From NCBI RefSeq assembly GCF_016593155.1, contig NZ_AP023215.1:360001-392000 (forward strand): a stretch of DNA of 32,000 bases, given 5' to 3'. How positions within the stretch are numbered: the stretch's first letter is position 1; the number at the start of each line of letters is the position of its first letter. This document shows, piece by piece, positions 9,150 to 16,146 of this stretch. The translations under genes and the position numbers were made by a program. The notes beneath the pieces are model-generated. The model saw only the letters and a list, made by a program, of their open reading frames with translations. It was not told where the DNA came from and did no database searches. The stretch is from Candidatus Saccharimonadota bacterium. Its GTDB lineage: Bacteria > Pseudomonadota > Gammaproteobacteria > Burkholderiales > Burkholderiaceae.

Positions 9150-9660
9150 TTATTAGTTTTTCCAACAAAATTATTTCATAAGAGTTTCGTGTTAATTGAT
9201 TTTCGGATATATCAATATTGATATTTTAGTAATATAAATTTTAATGTAGAAATGTTTATGTATTTATTTAATTCATTGATTCATATAGATGTTAATGAAA
9301 ATTTAATATTAGGATTAATGGAATCATGGAAGATAATGAATATAACTATATGCGAATTTAAATTAAGACATAATATAAAATTTCATGATGGTTCCTTTCT
9401 TATTATTATGGAAGATATTATATCTTCATTAGATAAATAAAGTTAGATTAATTGAGAGTACAAGATCATTCGTAAGTTATAATAAAAATTATATTTAAAA
9501 AAATAATTAATCTTTATACTTTTATTTAGAAACAAAAAACCTAATATTTTATTAGCGTAGAATATTAGTAAAATTTTTATTGTTTCTAAAAAAACCGCAT
9601 CAAAAAAATTTTTATATTAATGATGAATATATTATTAGCAAACTACAGATCAATTTTTTA
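9150..9660 (+). pseudogene. relic of a periplasmic solute-binding protein, family 5 (Dpp/Opp/Nik-type ABC transporter)
   Basis: The listed ORF 9252..9440 reads ...LIHIDVNENLILGLMESWKIMNITICEFKLRHNIKFHDGSFLIIMEDIISSL. This matches the family-5 SBP signature (L...d..g.l.PgLAesW....D....tFkLR.gvkFHDG.p.tA.DV.fS). The same frame upstream is closed by TGA at 9219. About 39 codons downstream, in another frame, IINLYTFI*KQKT*YFISVEY**NFYCF*K matches the next conserved block (vDdnTv.f.L..P..pfl..la.....i.sK). Confidence 0.6.
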
Positions 9661-10120
9661 GTAATATTGGTATTTTTACTAAAATAGAAACATTATTTTC
9701 TTTTTCAGTATATTTTAGTAAAATTTTAAAATGTGTATTTTATATATTATTATTGTGATATGAAAAATCAATTTGTATATTTTGATTTACGTATATTATT
9801 AGAAAAATTAAATGAAAATAATAATTGAGGTTATTGAATTTTGAGAGATATAATAATAAAATTTTAATAAATTAATACACAATTTTTTAATTTTGATTAA
9901 TAAAAAAAATAAAAAAATATTTATTCAAAAAGCTATATTTACAACTCTAAAATTTATACAATACCATTGTATTATCAATATGCGATTAGGTATTTTGTAA
10001 TGGTATAAATTATATACCAAAAATTGATGAGCTTATTTTAGTTTAGAAAATTTATCTAGATAAAAATTATAGTAAAAATTATAGTTATTTTAGATATGTT
10101 TAATATTATTATATAATTAG

Positions 10121-10194
10121 TGCGGCTGGCAGGAATCGAACCTACGACCTCTTGGTTCGTAGCCAAGTACTCTATCCAACTGAGCTACAGCCGC
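10121..10194 (-). tRNA. tRNA-Arg (anticodon ACG); CCA not encoded
   Basis: The reverse complement is GCGGCTGTAGCTCAGTTGGATAGAGTACTTGGCTACGAACCAAGAGGTCGTAGGTTCGATTCCTGCCAGCCGCA. It folds as a 74-nt cloverleaf with anticodon loop CTACGAA and the same architecture as E. coli argQ. Confidence 0.93.
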
Positions 10195-10338
10195 ATGATT
10201 ATCTTTAACTTTCTTATTTTAGCATATTAAAAATAAATTAAAAATTATTTAATTTACTTAATAAAAATTAAAAGTAAATATTTTATTTTTTATAAAATAA
10301 ACTAAAAATTATTTATTCATATAACTTTTATTATTAAA

Positions 10339-10905
10339 ATGACAATTAAATCAGATAATTGGATTCACAATATGGCTAAATATCATGGTATGATAGAGCC
10401 TTTTGTTCCTCATCAAGTCAGAGAAGTTAATTCTCGTAAAATTGTTTCCTACGGAATTTCTTCATATGGGTACGATATTCGTTGCGCAAATGAATTTAAA
10501 ATTTTTACAAATATTAATTCAACAATTATTGATCCAAAAAATTTTGATAATAAATTATTTGTTGATTTTATTGGTGATGTATGTATTATTCCTCCAAATT
10601 CTTTTGTTTTAGCTCGTACTATAGAATACTTTCGTATTCCACGTAAAATATTGACTATGTGTATTGGAAAATCAACATATGCTCGTTGTGGAATTATTGT
10701 AAATGTAACACCATTTGAACCAGAGTGGGAGGGTTATGTAACATTAGAGTTTTCTAATACAACGCCTTTGCCTGCTAAAATTTATTCTGAAGAAGGTTGT
10801 GCGCAAGTATTATTTTTTGAAAGCGACGAAACATGTAAGGTTTCTTATAAAGATAGAGATGGTAAGTATCAAGGTCAAACCGGAATAAATTTACCAAAAA
10901 TTTAA
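10339..10905 (+). CDS. dcd: dCTP deaminase
   Basis: 188 aa. MTIKSDNWI...GMIEPF......V...K.VSYG.SSYGYD.R and [31 protein letters not shown] are classical Dcd blocks. Confidence 0.92.
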   Translation: MTIKSDNWIHNMAKYHGMIEPFVPHQVREVNSRKIVSYGISSYGYDIRCANEFKIFTNINSTIIDPKNFDNKLFVDFIGDVCIIPPNSFVLARTIEYFRIPRKILTMCIGKSTYARCGIIVNVTPFEPEWEGYVTLEFSNTTPLPAKIYSEEGCAQVLFFESDETCKVSYKDRDGKYQGQTGINLPKI

Positions 10906-10983
10906 TTTTAAAATATTTTAAAAATTTATTTAAATTATATTTTTATAAATATTATTAATAATTAAATTTAATTTAATACATGA

Positions 10984-11055
10984 GGCATTTTCTACTAAAA
11001 TATGAATATATTTTTTAAATAAATAAAATTTATATATATATTTAGTAGAAATGCC
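10984..11055. terminator. long-range inverted repeat between convergent dcd and rpsI; possible bidirectional terminator or structured RNA
   Basis: GGCATTTTCTACTAAA (10984..10999) pairs with TTTAGTAGAAATGCC (11041..11055): 15 bp plus one bulged T, with a 41-nt AT loop. It holds the only G/C-containing symmetry in this spacer. There is no flanking T-run, so terminator function is unproven. Confidence 0.3.
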
Positions 11056-11107
11056 ATAAATTTTTACGAAATTAAATTTAATTAATATGAAATTTTTATT
11101 ATTAAAT

Positions 11108-11515
11108 TTATCGCTTAGAAAATTGTCTTGCTCGACGAGCTTTTCTTAATCCAACTTTTTTTCTTTCTACTTCACGGGAATCTCTAATAACAAAACCGGC
11201 TTTTGATAAAGATGATTTTAAATTTAAATCATAATTAACTAATGCGCGTGTAATACCATGTCTTACTGCTCCAGCTTGTCCGGATTCCCCTCCTCCACGA
11301 ACATTTATTTTAATATCAAAAGTTTTTGTGTGTTTTGTTAATTCTAATGGTTGAAAAATTACCATTAAACCAGTTTTTCTTGAAAAATATTTATCCGCTG
11401 GTTTTCTATTTATAGTAATTTTACCGGATCCAATTTTCATAAAAACACGAGATACAGCGCTTTTACGACGACCTGTTCCATATTTATAATAAACACTACT
11501 GCTAATTATATTCAT
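11108..11515 (-). CDS. rpsI: 30S ribosomal protein S9
   Basis: 135 aa. YGTGRRK.AVSRV, GGG.SGQAGA.RHGI.RAL and the C-terminal [18 protein letters not shown] tail identify it. Confidence 0.95.
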   Translation of the reverse strand: MNIISSSVYYKYGTGRRKSAVSRVFMKIGSGKITINRKPADKYFSRKTGLMVIFQPLELTKHTKTFDIKINVRGGGESGQAGAVRHGITRALVNYDLNLKSSLSKAGFVIRDSREVERKKVGLRKARRARQFSKR

Positions 11516-11518
11516 TTT

Positions 11519-11950
11519 TTAAAAATTCAATAATTGAGGTTTTTGAGCGGAGTGAGGATGATTAGAATCCCCATATATTTTAAGTTTTTTAAACATGGAA
11601 TAACCCAAAGGACCCTTTGGTAACATACCTTTAACTGCTTTTTGAAGTACACGACCAGGAAAATGTTCTTGCATTTTTAAAAAATTAATTTTACGAATCC
11701 CTCCAGGGTACCCTGTATGGCGATAATATATTTTTTTAATTTCTTTTTTTCCTGTTACGCGTAATTTACTTGTATTTATAACTATTATAAAATCACCTGT
11801 ATCGATATGAGGTGTATATTCTGTTTTATGTTTTCCTCTTAAACGAACCGCTATTTCAGTAGCAATGCGTCCTAAAATTTTATTTTTAGCATCTATTAAA
11901 AACCAAATTCTATTAATTTTATGATTTTTTGCGGAGAAAGTTTTTTGCAT
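11519..11950 (-). CDS. rplM: 50S ribosomal protein L13
   Basis: 143 aa. W.LIDA....LGR.A.EIA.RLRGKHK.EYTPH.D.GD..IVIN and [10 protein letters not shown] are L13 blocks. It lies immediately upstream of rpsI, as in the conserved rplM-rpsI operon. Confidence 0.95.
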   Translation of the reverse strand: MQKTFSAKNHKINRIWFLIDAKNKILGRIATEIAVRLRGKHKTEYTPHIDTGDFIIVINTSKLRVTGKKEIKKIYYRHTGYPGGIRKINFLKMQEHFPGRVLQKAVKGMLPKGPLGYSMFKKLKIYGDSNHPHSAQKPQLLNF

Positions 11951-12125
11951 TATTTTATAATAAAAGTATAAATTTTTTTATTTTTAAAAAATTTTATATT
12001 AATAATTTTTATATTAAAGTACATTAATATTATAAAAGATTTTTGTGGAAATATAATATAAAATAATTAATTTAATCGTAAAAAAATTTTTATGGAATAT
12101 ATAATATGTTGGATGAGTATATTTT

Positions 12126-12401
12126 ATGTCTTTTTTGGAAGAAACAAATTTTGGTCATCTCATGATAATGTATGGTGTTTCAGAAGGGGGAAAACTTAGT
12201 ATCAAGACCAATAGAAATGATATTGTTGGTAATGGAGTATCAAAATATCTAAAGGTATTTATAAAAATTCATTTTCATTTTATTATTATTGAATTTAAAT
12301 TAAAGTCTAATTTATTAGAAAATGCTATTAAATTATTATTTGAAAAATATTGTTCAGAATCTTTTATGTTAAAAAACCGAAAAATTAACATATATTTTTG
12401 A
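12126..12401 (+). CDS. hypothetical 91-aa ORF; it may be a decayed fragment rather than a gene
   Basis: This is the only open frame in the 575-bp rplM-glnS spacer. The N-terminal 45 codons are less AT-biased than their surroundings and contain YGVSEGG (a GxSxG-like nucleophile-elbow pattern). The C-terminal half is low-complexity I/K/F/L. No family was recognised. Confidence 0.2.
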   Translation: MSFLEETNFGHLMIMYGVSEGGKLSIKTNRNDIVGNGVSKYLKVFIKIHFHFIIIEFKLKSNLLENAIKLLFEKYCSESFMLKNRKINIYF

Positions 12402-12451
12402 AATTATTGATAATTTATTATAAAGTTACTATAAAGTAAATTTATATTTTA

Positions 12452-12482
12452 AATAACTATTCTATAATTTAGAATAGTTATT
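12452..12482. promoter_or_regulatory. perfect 13-bp hairpin or dyad 43 nt upstream of the glnS GTG start
   Basis: AATAACTATTCTA (12452..12464), loop TAATT, TAGAATAGTTATT (12470..12482). No T-run follows on either strand. Confidence 0.25.
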
Positions 12483-12525
12483 AATTTAAATTAAACAAAA
12501 TATTATAATTATATTTAGAAAACTC

Positions 12526-14295
12526 GTGAATAAAAAAATAAAAACTTCTTCTGTTTCATTAATTAATAAAAATTTTCTCAAAAATATTATTGAAAAAGAT
12601 ATTACTAAAAAGACTTTTAATAATAGATATGATAAATATGGAAATAAATTACCAAAAGTAATAACGCGTTTTTCACCAGAGCCAAATGGTTATCTTCATA
12701 TTGGGCATGCTAAATCAATTTTTATTAATTTTGAGCTTGCTTATAACTATAATGGTTTATGTAATTTACGATTTGATGATACTAATCCATTAAAAGAGAA
12801 TCAAGAATATGTTAATTCTATTATTAAAACAATTAAATGGTTAGATTTTAATTGGGATAAGGTAAAAAAACGAATTTATTATGCTAGTGATTATTTTGAT
12901 ATATTATATCAAATAGCTGAATATTTAATTATTTCTGGAAATGCTTATGTAGACAGTCAGAGCACTGAAGAAATATGTATTAATCGCGGAAGTTTATATG
13001 ATCCGGGTCGTAATTCACCATTTTATAATCGATTACCCTCTGAGTCATTAAATTTATTTAGAAGAATGAGATCTGGGGAATTTAAAGATGGTACGCATGT
13101 TTTAAGGGTAAAAATAAATATGAAATCAAAAAATATTAATATGCGTGATCCTATTATTTATCGTATCCGACATGTAAATCATTATAGAACTAATAATACT
13201 TGGTGTATTTATCCAATGTATGATTATGCACATCCAATTTCAGATGCAATTGAAAATATCACTCACTCAATTTGTACATTAGAATTTCAAGATCATCGAC
13301 CTTTTTATGAATGGATATTAAATAAACTTGATAAAACTAATTTTATTACAAGACCTTTTCCAAAACAATATGAATTTTCGAGATTAAATTTAACTTATAC
13401 AATTACTAGTAAACGTAAGTTATTAAAATTATTAGAAAAAAAAATTGTTGATGGATGGGATGACCCTAGAATGCCAACTTTAATTGGTATGCGTCGTAGA
13501 GGTTATACCCCTGAATCAATTAAATTATTTTGTAAACGTATTGGCGTTTCTAAATCTGATAGTTGGATTAATATAGAAATATTAGAACAAGCATTGCGTG
13601 ATGACTTGGATATTAAGACTCCAAGAATTATGGCGGTATTAAATCCAATTAAATTAATTATTAGTAATTTTTTAGATAATCAGGAAATTGAGTGCGTTGC
13701 CTCGGTATTTTCATATAAACATACTCAATATAAAAAAAAATTAAGATACTTTCCAATCTCAAAGATTTTATGGATTGAAAGAGATGATTTCATGGAAATC
13801 CCAACTAAAGAATATTTTCGCTTATACCCACCTATCGGAAATAATTCTGGAAATCGTGTGCGACTACGTTATGGTTATGTAATTGAATGTACTGGATTTA
13901 AAAAAAATAAAAATAATGAAGTTATAGAAGTATATTGTAAATATTTTCCAGATAGTAAAAGTGGAACTAAATTTTCATCAAATTATAAAGTTAAAGGAAA
14001 TATTCATTGGATTAGTAAAGATCATGCATTATCTATTGAGGTGCGTTTATATAATAGACTTTTTATAAACCCTTATCCAAATATAGTAAATGATAAAGAT
14101 TTTAAATTATTAATTAATCCGAATTCAAAAAAAGTAGTTTCTGCTTATTTAGAGCCAAATATAAAATTTATTTTTCCTAAAAATTATGCTCAATTTGAAC
14201 GTCATGGATATTTTATATTGGATGATATTGATTCAACTGATAATAAATTAATTTTTAATCAATCAGTTTCTTTAAAAAATTATTGGAAAAAATAA
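12526..14295 (+). CDS. glnS: glutaminyl-tRNA synthetase (GTG start)
   Basis: 589 aa. TRFSPEPNGYLHIGHAKS is the HIGH motif in GlnRS context, and FSRLNLTYTITSKRKL is the MSK-type motif. The protein is collinear with E. coli GlnRS. The first codon is GTG at 12526. Confidence 0.93.
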   Translation: MNKKIKTSSVSLINKNFLKNIIEKDITKKTFNNRYDKYGNKLPKVITRFSPEPNGYLHIGHAKSIFINFELAYNYNGLCNLRFDDTNPLKENQEYVNSIIKTIKWLDFNWDKVKKRIYYASDYFDILYQIAEYLIISGNAYVDSQSTEEICINRGSLYDPGRNSPFYNRLPSESLNLFRRMRSGEFKDGTHVLRVKINMKSKNINMRDPIIYRIRHVNHYRTNNTWCIYPMYDYAHPISDAIENITHSICTLEFQDHRPFYEWILNKLDKTNFITRPFPKQYEFSRLNLTYTITSKRKLLKLLEKKIVDGWDDPRMPTLIGMRRRGYTPESIKLFCKRIGVSKSDSWINIEILEQALRDDLDIKTPRIMAVLNPIKLIISNFLDNQEIECVASVFSYKHTQYKKKLRYFPISKILWIERDDFMEIPTKEYFRLYPPIGNNSGNRVRLRYGYVIECTGFKKNKNNEVIEVYCKYFPDSKSGTKFSSNYKVKGNIHWISKDHALSIEVRLYNRLFINPYPNIVNDKDFKLLINPNSKKVVSAYLEPNIKFIFPKNYAQFERHGYFILDDIDSTDNKLIFNQSVSLKNYWKK

Positions 14296-14312
14296 TGTAG
14301 GGTTTTGTAAAT

Positions 14313-14389
<77 letters not shown>

Positions 14390-14448
14390 TAAGTTAGGAT
14401 TATTTTAACTTATGTATATAAAATATGCAAATTTTATATTTTTAAAAA

Positions 14449-14628
14449 TTTTACAAAATTTTTAATTTTTAAATTTTGTAAAAAATTAAATTACTATGTA
14501 ATTTAATTTAGAAAATATAATTTAAATATTTTTTTAAATATAATATAATTATATATCGAAAATTATATTATATTACTACGTCTGTAATTATTTTTATAAT
14601 TATTATTAATTATTTTTGTAATTATTAT
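14449..14628. repeat. cluster of A/T-only dyads plus a 22-bp tandem repeat in the tRNA-fMet / rnfB-like divergent spacer
   Basis: 13-bp IR TTTTACAAAATTT (14449..14461) with AAATTTTGTAAAA (14471..14483). 12-bp IR AAATTAAATTAC (14483..14494) with GTAATTTAATTT (14498..14509). 14-bp IR 14537..14550 with 14561..14574. Tandem TAATTATTTTT[A/G]TAATTATTAT at 14585..14606 and 14607..14628 (21/22 identical). Confidence 0.6.
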
Positions 14629-14717
14629 ATTTATTATATTTTAATTGATATTTAAAATAAAAAACCTTAAAATGAAAAATAATTTATTTCTTATAACCTT
14701 ATAGTTTAAATATTCTT

Positions 14718-15347
14718 GTGTCATTTTTACATGCTGATAATATAGAAAATTTATTACCCCAAACACAATGCACTAAATGTGGATATCCAGGGTGTAGACA
14801 ATATGCGGAAGCAATTGCTAATGGAAGCGCAAATTATAATCAATGCCCACCCGGGGGGCGTCAAGGAATTATTAAATTAGCTAAATACTTAAATAAACCA
14901 ATAATTCCATTGAATCCTATAAATGGAAATGAGAAATCACGCTTCTGTGCTGTTATTCAAGAAAAAAAATGTATTGGATGTACATTATGTATTCAGTCTT
15001 GTCCTGTAGACGCCATTATTGGGGCAGCTAAACATATGCATACTATTTTTTCTAAATTATGTACTGGTTGTGATCTTTGTATTAAAAAATGTCCGGTTAA
15101 TTGTATTTTTATGATTGAAGTTACCCCGGGTCGCACAGGGTGGGATGCTTGGTCTCAAAAACAAGCTGATAATGCGCGTAAAAGATATTATTTTCGTAAA
15201 AAGCGTATATTTCGTGAAAAAAAAGAAAATTATGAAAAATTAAAAAAAGTAACTATACAATTTAAAAAAAATAACAGAGAAGATCAAAAATATTTAATTG
15301 AAAGTGCTATGAAAAGAATAGAGGCATTAAAAAATAAAAAAAATTAA
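14718..15347 (+). CDS. rnfB: RnfB/RsxB-like [4Fe-4S] ferredoxin lacking the N-terminal membrane anchor, with a lysine-rich C-terminal tail (GTG start)
   Basis: [21 protein letters not shown]....NYNQCPPGG matches the RnfB N-terminal Fe-S domain. Two CxxCxxCxxxCP motifs follow ([24 protein letters not shown]). Relative to E. coli RsxB, the first ~40 aa (the TM anchor) are absent. The first codon is GTG at 14718. Confidence 0.85.
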   Translation: MSFLHADNIENLLPQTQCTKCGYPGCRQYAEAIANGSANYNQCPPGGRQGIIKLAKYLNKPIIPLNPINGNEKSRFCAVIQEKKCIGCTLCIQSCPVDAIIGAAKHMHTIFSKLCTGCDLCIKKCPVNCIFMIEVTPGRTGWDAWSQKQADNARKRYYFRKKRIFREKKENYEKLKKVTIQFKKNNREDQKYLIESAMKRIEALKNKKN

Positions 15348-15365
15348 AAAAATAATTTTGTAATT

Positions 15366-15596
15366 ATGAATCAAAAAAAACGTATCATGATTTTTAATTG
15401 ATTAAGAGCTAATAATCCAAATCCAATTACAGAACTTAAATATATATTGTACTGAAATATAATAATGAAATACTTTTCACAAAAAAAGAATTAGAATTTT
15501 TACCTGGAGTCGGACTTAAAACCGTTAATGTAATTTTAAATATTATATTCAATAAATTAACTATAACGGTTGATATACGCATATTAATTATTTAAT
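15366..15596 (+). pseudogene. nth: endonuclease III relic: N-terminus plus helix-hairpin-helix block; most of the gene is deleted
   Basis: One frame reads MNQKKRIMIFN*LRANNPNPITELKYILY*NIIMKYFSQKKELEFLPGVGLKTVNVILNIIFNKLTITVDIRILII*. Compare E. coli Nth MNKAKRLEILTRLRENNPHPTTELNF... and ...[34 protein letters not shown]. In-frame TGA stops lie at 15399 and 15453. About 78 codons are missing internally, and the C-terminal Fe-S cluster domain is gone. Confidence 0.8.
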
Positions 15597-15698
15597 ACAA
15601 GATTTAGTAAGTATAAATTTAAAAATATAAGTGAGTTAAATAAAAAAATTGTACGAATTAAAAATATTTTTTAACTAAGATATAAATGAGTATATTAT

Positions 15699-15869
15699 TT
15701 GAATACTATTATAGAAATTCATGCTGAAAATTTACCAATATTTTGTCCACATAAAGATATGATTCTCTGGTCGTCTCATCCTAAAGTATTTCTTTTTATA
15801 GATAAAAATGGATATGCGCAATGTCCATATTGTAATACTAAATATAAATTAGATTTTAATAAATATTAA
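15699..15869 (+). CDS. small zinc-ribbon protein (zf-CHCC / NDUFS6-like domain), 56 codons, probable TTG start; absent from the ORF track
   Basis: (L/M)NTIIEIHAENLPIFCPHKDMILWSSHPKVFLFIDKNGYAQCPYCNTKYKLDFNKY*. The pattern is C-P...W.SHP.VFL.I...G...CPYC.T.Y.L. In-frame TGA lies at 15687, so the only conventional start is TTG at 15699, with a GAG 8 nt upstream. It lies 15 nt upstream of rpmF. Confidence 0.65.
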   Translation: MNTIIEIHAENLPIFCPHKDMILWSSHPKVFLFIDKNGYAQCPYCNTKYKLDFNKY

Positions 15870-15884
15870 AAGGAATTAATTAAT

Positions 15885-16070
15885 ATGGCTGTTCAAAAAA
15901 GTAAAAAAACTCCCTCAAAAAGAGGTATGCGTCGTTCTCATAGTTTTTTATTTGAACCTTCTATTTCAATAGATATTACAACTGGTGAAAAACATTTATA
16001 TCATCATATTAGCCCTAATGGGTTTTATAGGGGAAAAAAAATTTTAAAAAATAAAAACTGTAAATCATGA
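15885..16070 (+). CDS. rpmF: 50S ribosomal protein L32
   Basis: [20 protein letters not shown]........[19 protein letters not shown] is the L32 signature. AAGGA SD sits upstream. It ends in a TGA stop. Confidence 0.93.
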   Translation: MAVQKSKKTPSKRGMRRSHSFLFEPSISIDITTGEKHLYHHISPNGFYRGKKILKNKNCKS

Positions 16071-16110
16071 TACTTTTTATATAATGAAATAAAAGTATTT
16101 ATAAAAAGTA
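16071..16110. terminator. 11-bp inverted repeat between convergent rpmF and rhlE-like genes; possible terminator
   Basis: TACTTTTTATA (16071..16081) pairs with TATAAAAAGTA (16100..16110). An alternative inner pairing is TACTTTT with AAAAGTA (16091..16097). It starts at the base after the rpmF stop. There is no clear T-run. Confidence 0.25.
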
Positions 16111-16146
16111 CCAAATTAAAATATAAAAAATAATTTTTAAAATAAA

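Noticed and set aside
9252-9440. 62-aa ORF as a small intact protein
   Set aside because: It is an internal block of a family-5 solute-binding protein (normally >500 aa). It is flanked by recognisable but stop-ridden or frameshifted continuation, so it is part of a pseudogene.
9656-9684. 9-bp inverted repeat TTTTAGTAA...TTACTAAAA, and the recurring TTAGTAAAATTTT words in the rluC-tRNA-Arg spacer, as a regulatory or mobile-element terminus
   Set aside because: They are A/T-only and short, and they lie inside the decayed SBP gene. Such matches are expected by chance at this composition. There are no target-site duplications or transposase remnants.
15741-15753. TTGTCCACA, one mismatch from the DnaA box TTATCCACA
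   Set aside because: It is a single isolated occurrence inside the coding sequence of the zinc-ribbon ORF (it encodes FCPH). There is no cluster and no adjacent A/T-rich unwinding element context.
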